64,000 nt of DNA from an uncultured Bacteroidota bacterium (GTDB lineage: Bacteria; Bacteroidota; Bacteroidia; Bacteroidales; GWA2-32-17). Within the stretch, counting starts at the first letter, position 1, and each line of letters starts with the position of its first letter. A program made the position numbers and the translations under genes. This document shows, piece by piece, positions 19,382 through 28,880 of this stretch. The notes below the pieces were generated by a model. The model searched no databases. It worked only from the letters and a program-made list of their open reading frames with translations, and was not told the origin of the DNA. The stretch spans positions 4,989 to 68,988 of the forward strand of contig CAIQJL010000086.1 in the NCBI GenBank assembly GCA_903872185.1, written 5' to 3'.

Positions 19382-21019
19382 TTATTCTTCTTCTATATTT
19401 TTCTTTTTGTGTTTTGTATAATAAACCGAAATCGCTATAGAGATTATAGCCAAAAACATAAAAGCAACAATTCTATAAATAATTCCTACAATAGCTAGAT
19501 CTACAATAAAAAGATAAATGGCTGCTGCTATCATTGTAAATATTGCCATCCATCTGTATTTAATATTATGTATTAAAAGGCTTAATAAAAAATAAACAAC
19601 TGCTGCAATAGACCATGATAATGTAACGTATTGCCCAGGAACAGCTTTATATAAAGCATAAAGCATAGTAAAGAATCCAAAAATTAAATAAATATTTCTT
19701 ATCAAATCTGTTTTAATATCAAGCCTTTTACTTTGCAAATTAATAACACGAGCAGTTATAATTGCAATTAATGCAAATGAAAAATTGATTGAATGAATTG
19801 ATTCAGCTGAAAAATAATAACCCGCCATTAAAAGTGCAAAAAGAAATAAATTCATAAACACAATAATCTTTGACCTGAACCAAATTGCCATTGAGACTAC
19901 AAGTAAACTCTGAATAGACAACAATAAATACGAAAGTGGCAAACCATAAACCCCATAAATAGCTGTGCTTATTGAGATAAAACCATATAACGCATAAAAA
20001 GCAGGAGTATATTTTAATTCGGAGTATTTCTTTAGAAAAACTGAAAAAAGCAAACAAATTGCAGAAATTGGCAAGAAAATCCAGACATAATTCATCATGT
20101 AGAAAGTAACAACATACATAGTAAGAATTGCGGTAAAAAATAAGCCATTAAGAATAATTGTAATAAATACAAATGCTTCAGGCATTGATTCTTTTTGTTT
20201 AAATAATGTAATCATTGAGAAGGCAGATACACAAACAAAAAGATAAGCAATACTATAATGATCAGATAGCCCGGCAACTAATTCCTTATCAACATTTACA
20301 TGAACAATGTACCAAACAATGAATGAAATATATGAAAAAAATTGAGCTACAACAATAAGTTTCCACCAACTATTCTTATGTAAAAGATAAACAGAAAAAA
20401 TAACTGCTAAAGTAACAACAGAAAGCATAAAATGAGTAGTATTACTAATATTTGCAGTTACTAAAAGCAAGATAAAACCAATAGATGCAAGAAATTCTGA
20501 ACTTTTTTTATTAGCAAAATAAAATTGAATAATACTTATAATCACTAATAAAATCAAAGGAACAGCCGGTTCTGAAATAAGAGGGAAGTCGGTAAAAAAA
20601 TGAAGTCGTAAAGTGACATAAAATAGAAGAATATAACTAATGATATTAAACTTAGAGGATAGCCCTGGTATAGATTTCTTAATATAATGTGCAATCACAA
20701 AAACTAATATTGATGCAACATATCCAAAAACAGTAGAAAATAGTGGCTGACCTGAACTCTGAATATATTGTGTTACAAAAGCAAGTCCGAACAAAAGAAC
20801 AATACTTCCAAGCCAACCTAAACCAAACTCACCAATTCTTGATTCCATTGCCGATTCTTTTTCTGAATCTGAAGGTTGCTGTTTTAACTCATCATTGGTA
20901 AGTTCTCTATCGTAGGCCTTATATTCTTCTTCAGTAACCTTTCTTACGCCTAACAATGACTCTAGCTGACCAACTCTTCGCTCTAAATAGTCTAGTTTTT
21001 CAATAATCTTTTCATCCAT
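19382..21019 (-). CDS. Polytopic membrane protein with N-terminal coiled-coil (DUF2339-like)
   Basis: 545 aa. Soluble N terminus MDEKIIEKLDYLERRVGQLESLLG, then about 14 hydrophobic helices. The family assignment is from memory only. Confidence 0.5.
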   Translation of the reverse strand: MDEKIIEKLDYLERRVGQLESLLGVRKVTEEEYKAYDRELTNDELKQQPSDSEKESAMESRIGEFGLGWLGSIVLLFGLAFVTQYIQSSGQPLFSTVFGYVASILVFVIAHYIKKSIPGLSSKFNIISYILLFYVTLRLHFFTDFPLISEPAVPLILLVIISIIQFYFANKKSSEFLASIGFILLLVTANISNTTHFMLSVVTLAVIFSVYLLHKNSWWKLIVVAQFFSYISFIVWYIVHVNVDKELVAGLSDHYSIAYLFVCVSAFSMITLFKQKESMPEAFVFITIILNGLFFTAILTMYVVTFYMMNYVWIFLPISAICLLFSVFLKKYSELKYTPAFYALYGFISISTAIYGVYGLPLSYLLLSIQSLLVVSMAIWFRSKIIVFMNLFLFALLMAGYYFSAESIHSINFSFALIAIITARVINLQSKRLDIKTDLIRNIYLIFGFFTMLYALYKAVPGQYVTLSWSIAAVVYFLLSLLIHNIKYRWMAIFTMIAAAIYLFIVDLAIVGIIYRIVAFMFLAIISIAISVYYTKHKKKNIEEE

Positions 21020-21079
21020 CTTATTTGCTTTTGGGTTACCAAAGATAATTATGTTTTAAAACATAACTGTATAGTTAGA

Positions 21080-21112
21080 AAATAAAAAAAGGTTTCATTT
21101 TACTGAAACCTT
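21080..21112 (-). terminator. Rho-independent terminator after the NrfD-like gene
   Basis: Stem aaaggtttca/tgaaaccttt (21087-21112) followed on the minus strand by a T7 run. Confidence 0.75.
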
Positions 21113-21149
21113 TTACATTACTACTTATATAATTTTGTAAATAATTAAA

Positions 21150-22346
21150 TTATTCATGCTCTATATGAGGAGCTTTCTTCCAAGGTGGTAATAACCATAA
21201 AAGAATAGTTAGAATAATTAGTGGAACAACTAACCAAATCATTCCCCCTAAAAACCCTTCTTTACCAATCATATCTAGCTTAAAGTCTGTAAATCCGTAA
21301 AAACTTTTTGAAAATAATTGACCGCCAATAACAACATTCCATCTCATAAAGAAAATCCCCACAAGAACACAAAGTGATAATATGAAATATACAAATTTAC
21401 GAATGTTCTCTTTTGGTTTTAAAAATTGGAATGTTCCTAGAGTTAATAATGGGATTAAGGTACCTATCAATCCTTGCATTATGAAGAAAGTAAAAAACAA
21501 TTTACCATGAACCAATAAATTCAATATATCAAATGATTCTTCAGCTACATAAATTCTATGAATCTGATCAAGCCCTTCTAAAACAAAATCAATAAGGAGA
21601 ATATAAAACAAATACTTACCAATAGCATCAAGACAAATCATGTCTAGTTTTTGTTTTCTAATTATACTTACTGCCATATAAATAAACATTACAAGAGCAA
21701 TACCAGAAACCATAGCAGAAAACAAGAAAATAACAGGCATCATTACAGTTGACCACCATGGGTTCGCTTTTACAGATCCGAAGATAAAGCCAACATATCC
21801 ATGTAAAATAAAAGCCGAAGGAATACCCACTACTGTGATAAAATAACCTAGTTTGTTGTCTGTAATTCTTGATTTATTAGAAACATCTTTAATTCCAAGT
21901 GTTAGGATTTTATATATTATTGATTTGAAACCTGGATTTTCTTTTGACCAGATTGTCATATCATATCTATAATCAAACCAAATTTCTAATAATAGTACAA
22001 CCATTAAGTACCACAAATACACAAAGCCAAAAATGGCCATTGCAGAAGTTAAATGTGGTGTTGTCATAATTTCGTAAAAACGAAATGGTTTTCCTAAGTG
22101 GAAAATAAGTGGCATTGTTGCCACAAGCATAAAAGAAAATGCAGTTAAAAGTGATAACTCATAAGTAGGTTTTAAAGCCTTAATATTAAATACCCTGTTA
22201 AGAGATGCTAAAATAAATGCTCCAGCAACTAATCCGGTAATATAAGGGTAAAGAACAATAAGTACAGACCAGTTTAATTCTATCTCGTTAGGATAGCAGT
22301 AGCCGTCCATCTTGGACATTGCTTCATATAATGATTGAAATTCCAT
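21150..22346 (-). CDS. NrfD/PsrC-family integral membrane quinone-interacting subunit
   Basis: 398 aa, 8-10 TM helices. Immediately downstream (1-nt gap) of the Tat-signal FeS subunit, the classical NrfC-NrfD / PsrB-PsrC / DsrO-DsrP arrangement. Confidence 0.75.
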   Translation of the reverse strand: MEFQSLYEAMSKMDGYCYPNEIELNWSVLIVLYPYITGLVAGAFILASLNRVFNIKALKPTYELSLLTAFSFMLVATMPLIFHLGKPFRFYEIMTTPHLTSAMAIFGFVYLWYLMVVLLLEIWFDYRYDMTIWSKENPGFKSIIYKILTLGIKDVSNKSRITDNKLGYFITVVGIPSAFILHGYVGFIFGSVKANPWWSTVMMPVIFLFSAMVSGIALVMFIYMAVSIIRKQKLDMICLDAIGKYLFYILLIDFVLEGLDQIHRIYVAEESFDILNLLVHGKLFFTFFIMQGLIGTLIPLLTLGTFQFLKPKENIRKFVYFILSLCVLVGIFFMRWNVVIGGQLFSKSFYGFTDFKLDMIGKEGFLGGMIWLVVPLIILTILLWLLPPWKKAPHIEHE

Positions 22347-22347
22347 A

Positions 22348-23112
22348 TTAATGTACCTCCTGACTTAATGCGTTATAATAAAGTTTTGAGCCGGTGTTTA
22401 AATTTGGTTTTAAAGCACCCACAGTATGATTTTTTATAAATTTAACCATTTCGCTTTTTGGATCACGAAGGTTCCCATATAGCCTTGCTCCAGTTGGACA
22501 AACCATCATACATGCTGGATCCATTCCTTTTTTTAATCTATGGTAGCAAAGTGTACATTTATCAACTGTACCTAAATCTGGTTTAATGTACCTGCATCCA
22601 TAAGGGCAAGCCTGAACGCAGTAACGACAGCCAACACAATAATTTGGATCAACAAGCACTACACCATCAGGAGAAACAAATGTTGCTCCTACCGGACAAA
22701 CCTGAGTACAAGGTGATTTAGAACAATGATTGCACATTTTAGGAACAAAAAAAGTTTTAAATATCTCTGATTCAGGAACTGGTTGTTTATAACCATCAAT
22801 GCCACCATTTGGTGATTGAACTTTTACTTCTCCGCTATTGGTAATGGTATATTGTTCAACCCAGCTTCTAAAGAAAAACGGTTCCTTTGGAACATCATTT
22901 TCAGCTTTACAAGCACGTGCACAACTAGCACAACCAATGCATTTTTCGATATCAAGACCTATACCATACCAAGTATCATCGCTCTTTGATTTTTCGGTTG
23001 ATTGAGCAGCTTTTAAAGGACTTAGCAATGATGCAAAGAGAACTCCTCCAGCTATTACTCCAGTTTTCTTAAAAAACTCTCTTCTTGAAAAGTCTTTATT
23101 TTCTTTTACCAT
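22348..23112 (-). CDS. Tat-exported 4Fe-4S ferredoxin-type subunit (NrfC/PsrB/DsrO-like)
   Basis: 254 aa. Twin-arginine signal SRREFFKKTGVIAGG. Four Cys clusters (CIGCASCARAC, CNHCSKSPCTQVCP, CVGCRYCVQACP, CTLC...CMMVCP). Confidence 0.85.
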   Translation of the reverse strand: MVKENKDFSRREFFKKTGVIAGGVLFASLLSPLKAAQSTEKSKSDDTWYGIGLDIEKCIGCASCARACKAENDVPKEPFFFRSWVEQYTITNSGEVKVQSPNGGIDGYKQPVPESEIFKTFFVPKMCNHCSKSPCTQVCPVGATFVSPDGVVLVDPNYCVGCRYCVQACPYGCRYIKPDLGTVDKCTLCYHRLKKGMDPACMMVCPTGARLYGNLRDPKSEMVKFIKNHTVGALKPNLNTGSKLYYNALSQEVH

Positions 23113-23552
23113 AAAACAGGATTATGAGAATTATGACAACTTATACATTCATCTTCTTTATTATGCTCATTCATATCAATTTGTTTGATAACTTTTGCAC
23201 GGGCAGGATTCTTACTATGACACCTTCCGCAGAATTCACGAGCATGTTCTTTTACAATATTTGTCTTTTGAGGATCGTCAACATGTTTGTAGCCTGGCCC
23301 ATGACAGGTCTGACAATTTATTGATTTATGCACACTACTATCTCTAACAGCTGCAATTGAATCATGACATGTTATACATGTTTCATTCATGTTAACATAC
23401 TTAATAGGTCTGTCTTCATTTTCTTTTAAAGCTGCACCCCTATAATGACCATATTCTCCAAAAGTGGCAGGTCTTAAAAAATGACGAGCAACCAAAAATA
23501 ATGCAATAAAGACCGCAAACGCAATCAGAAGTCTTTTTACTTGAACTGGCAT
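23106..23552 (-). CDS. Membrane-anchored tetraheme cytochrome c
   Basis: 148 aa. N-terminal TM helix and four CXXCH motifs (CITCH, CQTCH, CGRCH, CISCH). Overlaps the FeS gene by 7 nt. Confidence 0.85.
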   Translation of the reverse strand: MPVQVKRLLIAFAVFIALFLVARHFLRPATFGEYGHYRGAALKENEDRPIKYVNMNETCITCHDSIAAVRDSSVHKSINCQTCHGPGYKHVDDPQKTNIVKEHAREFCGRCHSKNPARAKVIKQIDMNEHNKEDECISCHNSHNPVLW

Positions 23553-23634
23553 ATATTTATTTATTTATATTTTTAATCAATCCCACTATTATAAATCTAT
23601 ACAAAAAACTCAATATGTTATTAAACACTTTTTG

Positions 23635-23642
23635 CAAACTTA
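23635..23642 (-). promoter_or_regulatory. Candidate -7 box TAAGTTTG for the tetraheme-FeS-NrfD operon
   Basis: The plus strand reads caaactta, 83 nt upstream of the ATG at 23552. Confidence 0.3.
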
Positions 23643-23728
23643 AATGTTTTTTTGCCTCAATTTAGTTAAAATCTAAAGTATTTTCATTAAATCATATTAT
23701 TTTAGAAGCATTATAAATAGACGTAAAT

Positions 23729-23759
23729 GGAAAAGATTGGATTTACTCCAATCTTTTCC
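23729..23759 (-). terminator. Hairpin terminator after the ImcH-like gene
   Basis: Perfect 12-bp stem ggaaaagattgg/ccaatcttttcc with a 7-nt loop, 38 nt downstream of the stop. The T tract is weak. Confidence 0.55.
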
Positions 23760-23797
23760 ATAAAAAATTTATAATTAATATTTTTTAAAAATACTAA

Positions 23798-25300
23798 CTA
23801 AAACATCTCGAAATGACAATTAGAACAGTTAGTTGTTTTCCAATCTTCTCCAATATCAACTGGATGAATAAATGGCATTGTTCCATTTATAGGAGAATAT
23901 TTAATAGAATCTCTCTGACCTTGACCAATTAATGTATGGCATAAATTACAATCCTTAGAAATAACTTTGCCATCAGATGATTTATGTTTATCGTCATGAC
24001 AACGGAAACAACCTTTATTTTCAAAATGTCCAATATTTCTTGGATATTTCTTATAGCTTACCCTCATGTAAGGAAATGTGTTATATGAAAATTCTTCTTG
24101 AATTGCAGTTACTGCCTTTTTAATTTCCTTCTCATATTTAGAAAATAAAGCGGGGTATCCTTCTTTATAATATTTAATCATCTGATCATTAATTCCTGCA
24201 AACGCAGAATCTTTTGTAGTATAAAGATCGTTTGTAGCTTCCATTGCAGCACTTTTAAGATAAGGAACTTTTGTGTCAATTCTATTTCCAGCAAACAATT
24301 CATTTACATAATGAGGAGGCGAAAAGTATTCATGTGATGGGCGATTATGACAATCCATACAATCCATCATTCGTTTTTCAGTAGTAGCAACTTCCTTAAC
24401 AGTAGGATGAATTGATGTGTCTTCTTCTACAAAAACAATCTCTTTTCCTGTTGACTTATTAAAATATCTTACCCAAGGAATTGTTTGGCGCTTTTCATCA
24501 GCTTGATATGTTATCTCAACATCGTTATTAATATGCCAATGTATTCCCTCGGTATTGCCTAATGCAGAATGATCGGCTCCAATTCTCATTTTCATAATAA
24601 CATCCCATTCGGTATTTGCAGAATCGGCTAAATAGTATTTTTGACTTCTAATTTTATTTGTATAGAATTTTTGAGGCCAATGGCATTTTTCACAAGTTTC
24701 ACGAGCTGGGCGTAAATTAGCTATAGGTGTTTCAATATTTCTTGGATAAGTTCCCAATATATATTTGTAAACCTGTCGTAAACCAGACATTTTAGATTTT
24801 ACATAAAAATCAGCTCCTTCACCAACATGACATTCTGCACATTTAACGCGAGCATGAGGTGAATGTTGATATGCAACATATTCAGGTTCCATCACTTTAT
24901 GACAAAGTTTTCCACAAAACTCTACCGATTCAGTATAATGAAATCCTTTATAACTACCTATTACAGTTGCAATAACAAAAAATATTGTAACAACAGTAAA
25001 AATAAGAATTGCATTTCGTGTTTGTGGATCTCTAAGATTAATGACTAATAATTTTTCGTCAGAAACAGGCAATCCTTTTTTAAGTTTTCTTTTTTTAAGA
25101 TACATCCCAGTAGGTATTAGGATTAATCCAAAAACAAGAAATCCTGGTGTAACTAAATACGCAAAAAGATCAAAGTAAACATTGTCTGTTTGAAAGAAAT
25201 TAATCTGTATAACAAAGAAAGTAATTGCAAAAGCTGCAATAATTGCAATAATAGATCCTAAATAGGAAATATAATTGTAATAAGTACGTGGTAGTTTCAT
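23798..25300 (-). CDS. Inner-membrane heptaheme cytochrome c with NapC/NirT-like region (ImcH-like)
   Basis: 500 aa with three N-terminal TM helices. NapC/NirT-like FCGKLCHKVMEPEYVAYQHSPHARVKCAECH. Seven heme motifs: CGKLCH (CX3CH), CAECH, CEKCH, CMDCH, CFRCH, CNLCH, CSNCH. Confidence 0.75.
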   Translation of the reverse strand: MKLPRTYYNYISYLGSIIAIIAAFAITFFVIQINFFQTDNVYFDLFAYLVTPGFLVFGLILIPTGMYLKKRKLKKGLPVSDEKLLVINLRDPQTRNAILIFTVVTIFFVIATVIGSYKGFHYTESVEFCGKLCHKVMEPEYVAYQHSPHARVKCAECHVGEGADFYVKSKMSGLRQVYKYILGTYPRNIETPIANLRPARETCEKCHWPQKFYTNKIRSQKYYLADSANTEWDVIMKMRIGADHSALGNTEGIHWHINNDVEITYQADEKRQTIPWVRYFNKSTGKEIVFVEEDTSIHPTVKEVATTEKRMMDCMDCHNRPSHEYFSPPHYVNELFAGNRIDTKVPYLKSAAMEATNDLYTTKDSAFAGINDQMIKYYKEGYPALFSKYEKEIKKAVTAIQEEFSYNTFPYMRVSYKKYPRNIGHFENKGCFRCHDDKHKSSDGKVISKDCNLCHTLIGQGQRDSIKYSPINGTMPFIHPVDIGEDWKTTNCSNCHFEMF

Positions 25301-25575
25301 TTTAAAACAATTAAATTATTTTTTTTATGTTGTAAAAATAACTAAAGACTTGCTTAAATCAAGCAATTTTTAAAAATGTTTAGTAATTTAGACGCTTTCT
25401 ATGTTTTAGAGCAGAGTTGTTAAACATCATTATTCATGTTTAATAATAGTTTACAGTACTTAAAAGACATCTAATTTTACAAGAAACAATATATAGTATG
25501 ATTATTAATAACCATATGTTAATTTAACTATATATAAATCAATTGTTATTTAACACATTACGTAAATATTTAATT

Positions 25576-27966
25576 ATGAAATTTATTAAATTTATTAAAG
25601 CAAATTCATTATTCTTTCTGATACTTTTTTGTATTGAAGCAAGCTCTCAAGAGATTGTTTGTTTAGATTGTCACGAGAATTTGGTTTCAAATTCGGTACA
25701 TAACAAGGTTATAAAATGTGGTGATTGTCATCGTGACATTACAACCACAGAACATGGTGCCGGCTCTGCAAAACCGGTTAATTGCGCTAATTGCCATGCA
25801 GCTTTAGATAAACTTATGAATAATGATGTTCATAGAAATATAATGAAGCTTGAAGAAAAAGATGCACCAAATTGCAAAAAATGCCATGGTACTCATAATA
25901 TAAAATCTCCTTCAAAAATTGAAAATAAGCAAAAAGAATATTGTAGTAAATGTCATAAAAATGAAGTTCTAAAATCTAATTATCATTATAGCAATGCCAA
26001 CAATGAAAATTGCAGCAAATGCCATAATGAAAAAATGCATAAAGAGAAATTAGCAAAATCTGTTCACAGCAAATTGAATTGCTCTAATTGTCACAGTTAT
26101 GTTGTAAATAATATTGGCAATCATAAAAAAGCTCCAAAAGACGGAGTTTTGGCAGATTGTTATTTATGTCATAGCGCTATTGCAGCTGAACATAAAGAAA
26201 GCATACACGGTTTGTCAATTTCAGAAGGGATTAATGAAGCAGCGCAATGCTGGGACTGTCATGGTTCACACGCAATTGATTCTATATCGAATAAAAACAG
26301 TTTAGTATTTCAAACAAATTTGGTAACAACATGTGGCAAATGTCATGATAATCCTGCATTTACAAAGAAACACTTATTTGCGATTAAAACTCCTGGTATA
26401 ATGTACTCGAAAAGCGTACATGGAAAAATAGTTGCTGATGGAAAAAATGCTGCAACATGTGTAACTTGTCATGGCAAACATGATATAAAAAACAGAATTC
26501 AACCAGGTTCTAAAATAGCAAGTATAAATATTCCTAATACATGTGAAGAATGCCATAAAGAAATTACTTTAGAATATAAACAATCTATACACTGGATTGC
26601 TGTTAAAAAAGGAATTAGAGAATCTCCATCTTGTAACGACTGCCATAGTGAACATAATATTCACGAAATTAATACTCCAGAAAAGAGAGAAGAAATTAAA
26701 AAAATTCAATCTCAGACATGTTTACAGTGTCATCAGAATTTAATGCTTTCTGAGAGATATGGAATGTCGGGTAATAGCGCAGGAAATTACGAAGACAGCT
26801 ATCATGGCTTGGCATCAGCTCATGGCGAAGATAAAGCAGCTTTATGTGTAGATTGTCATGGAGTACATAAAATATTACCAAAATCACACCCTGAATCTTC
26901 TATTAACAAAAACAATATTACTTCTACCTGTAAGAAATGTCACGCTAAAGCAACTGATGTTTTTTCAAACAGTTATTCGCATACAACGCAAGTTAACTCT
27001 GCAAAAAACATTGAGGACATTGTTACTTCGGTATATTTTTGGTTAATTGTAGTGGTTGTAGGATGGATGTTTGGGCATAATCTTTTAATATTAATTCACG
27101 AGCTAAGAAAACGTTATAAAAAATCTAAAAACGAAATTAGAATTCCTCGATTTACAACAAATGAATTAGTACAACATACTGTATTACTAGCTTCATTTAT
27201 AATATTAGCTATATCTGGTTTTCAATTAAAATATCCTGATAGTGCTTTTGGAAAGGCATTATATGCATTAGGTATGGATGAAAATATTCGTCAATGGGTT
27301 CATAGAATTTCTGCAATAGTAATGATTATACTTTCTGTTTACCATGCTATTTATTTAATTATTACAGCAAGAGGTAGAGATGTGCTAAAAGGATTATTCC
27401 CAAATTTCAGCGATGTATCGCAAGCTATGGGTAATATGTTATTTTATTTACATTTAAAAAAGAAACAACCAGAATTCGACAATTATAATTACATGGAAAA
27501 ACTCGAATACTGGGCATTAATATGGGGAACATTAGTAATGGGTGTTACTGGACTTGTACTTTGGTTCCCAACACTTGGTGGCGATTGGGCTCCTATTTGG
27601 TTTATTAAAGTAAGTGAGATTATACATTTTTACGAAGCAATACTTGCTACCTTGGCTATTGTTATTTGGCATTGGTTCTTTGTAATATTCCACCCAAAAG
27701 AATATCCTTTAAATTTCATTTGTATTGATGGTGAAATTACTATTCATCATTTTAAAGAAGAACATAAATTAAAATTCTACAAAGTAATTATTGAGTGGCT
27801 TGAAGTACAAAAAGGTATTCGTACCGCGAAAAAAATGAACCACTATACAAAGTTATTTATTAAAGCTGTTGAAAAAGGTGGTGTTACAATGGAAAGTCTA
27901 GTAAGTTCTGAGCTTAATAAAGACGAACATTTAATGGCATTAGCTGAACAACAAGGTTTAATATAA
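25576..27966 (+). CDS. 16-heme cytochrome c fused to a C-terminal FdnI/HydC-type cytochrome b membrane domain (CbcL-like)
   Basis: The ORF track starts at TTG 25543; ATG 25576 gives the signal peptide MKFIKFIKANSLFFLILFCIEASSQ. 16 CXXCH motifs by my count. The C-terminal ~300 aa have 4-5 TM helices with conserved His (LVQHTVLL, WVHRISAIV..YHAIYL, IIHFYEA...WHWFFVIFHP). Confidence 0.8.
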   Translation: MKFIKFIKANSLFFLILFCIEASSQEIVCLDCHENLVSNSVHNKVIKCGDCHRDITTTEHGAGSAKPVNCANCHAALDKLMNNDVHRNIMKLEEKDAPNCKKCHGTHNIKSPSKIENKQKEYCSKCHKNEVLKSNYHYSNANNENCSKCHNEKMHKEKLAKSVHSKLNCSNCHSYVVNNIGNHKKAPKDGVLADCYLCHSAIAAEHKESIHGLSISEGINEAAQCWDCHGSHAIDSISNKNSLVFQTNLVTTCGKCHDNPAFTKKHLFAIKTPGIMYSKSVHGKIVADGKNAATCVTCHGKHDIKNRIQPGSKIASINIPNTCEECHKEITLEYKQSIHWIAVKKGIRESPSCNDCHSEHNIHEINTPEKREEIKKIQSQTCLQCHQNLMLSERYGMSGNSAGNYEDSYHGLASAHGEDKAALCVDCHGVHKILPKSHPESSINKNNITSTCKKCHAKATDVFSNSYSHTTQVNSAKNIEDIVTSVYFWLIVVVVGWMFGHNLLILIHELRKRYKKSKNEIRIPRFTTNELVQHTVLLASFIILAISGFQLKYPDSAFGKALYALGMDENIRQWVHRISAIVMIILSVYHAIYLIITARGRDVLKGLFPNFSDVSQAMGNMLFYLHLKKKQPEFDNYNYMEKLEYWALIWGTLVMGVTGLVLWFPTLGGDWAPIWFIKVSEIIHFYEAILATLAIVIWHWFFVIFHPKEYPLNFICIDGEITIHHFKEEHKLKFYKVIIEWLEVQKGIRTAKKMNHYTKLFIKAVEKGGVTMESLVSSELNKDEHLMALAEQQGLI

Positions 27967-27989
27967 CATTTAGAATACAATCTCTTTTT

Positions 27990-28013
27990 ATGTCAGGTCT
28001 TTCGACCTGACAT
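27990..28013 (+). terminator. Terminator hairpin ATGTCAGGTC-TTTC-GACCTGACAT after the 16-heme gene (copy 1 of a repeated hairpin)
   Basis: 10-bp perfect stem 24 nt after the stop, followed by a T-rich tract. The identical 24-mer occurs at 57264-57287 on the other strand. Confidence 0.7.
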
Positions 28014-28072
28014 TTATTATTATTTTTAGTTAGATCTGTATTAAAAGAAGCTTATAAATTGAACGATACTAA

Positions 28073-28105
28073 ATAAAAAACGCATCAATTATTAAACTGA
28101 TGCGT
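28073..28105 (-). terminator. Rho-independent terminator after the 218-aa ORF
   Basis: Stem acgcatca/tgatgcgt (28080-28105) followed on the minus strand by TTTTTTAT. Confidence 0.7.
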
Positions 28106-28128
28106 TTTATATTTAAAAAAAGAATTAT

Positions 28129-28785
28129 TTATTCTTTTGAAGCATCATTTACTATATCATTATCAAATTCAATAATTTTATACATATAGGTTGGAAAGTC
28201 AATATCAAGCTTTCTTACATCTGCAAAATAGTCATCGCCTGCATATAATTCAATTTTCTTTTTCTCTTTGTTAACATTAAATGCTAATTGACCTGAAAAA
28301 AAATGCGAATAATTAAAATAATATAAATTGTATCCTTCAGGTTGCGCCTTTACTTCATTTTTCTTATCAAATAACTGAGTACCTGTTTTTATTAAAATAT
28401 TTTTTGCAGTACCACTATCATCATCTACATCTATTTTTGTAGTACAATCATATAATTTAAAAGTTTTAGGTTTTTGTGCAATATGTTTTGGATGATTTTT
28501 ATTTACCCACCTTAAACAGATATCTGAGAATTGTGAATAAAAAGAACTAATTTCAATGTCCATTTCAAAGCCTAATGGCTTCTCTACATATTTTTGCCAT
28601 CCTTTATCTCCTATATTGTATGGAAATCCAACTAATAAATGAGTTATTATAACGTCTTTGTGCGAATTAAGCTGATACACAAATGACTTGAAATCATTTG
28701 CGAAATTCTCCATTTTTGTACCTGGAATACCTTTAATATTTTGCTGTTCGGCAAATATTGTTTGTAAATTTTTTTCGGTTATCAT
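28129..28785 (-). CDS. Hypothetical cytoplasmic protein (no recognisable domain)
   Basis: 218-aa ORF with no signal peptide, TM helix or Cys motifs. It has its own terminator and lies between the two CbcL-like genes. Confidence 0.55.
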   Translation of the reverse strand: MITEKNLQTIFAEQQNIKGIPGTKMENFANDFKSFVYQLNSHKDVIITHLLVGFPYNIGDKGWQKYVEKPLGFEMDIEISSFYSQFSDICLRWVNKNHPKHIAQKPKTFKLYDCTTKIDVDDDSGTAKNILIKTGTQLFDKKNEVKAQPEGYNLYYFNYSHFFSGQLAFNVNKEKKKIELYAGDDYFADVRKLDIDFPTYMYKIIEFDNDIVNDASKE

Positions 28786-28880
28786 AATACATTTTTAAGT
28801 TAAATATTTAATTAAGCAATTTAAAATAATTTAATAATATTAAATGCATTTTACCTTTTACGTAAAAAAATGCTTAATAA

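Noticed and set aside
23106-23552. Calling the tetraheme protein NrfH/NapC (a quinol dehydrogenase itself)
   Set aside because: It lacks the NapC/NirT C..CH.M...Y..S.H signature seen in the neighbouring 500-aa protein. It is also translationally coupled to an NrfC/NrfD-like pair, which already provides the quinone site.
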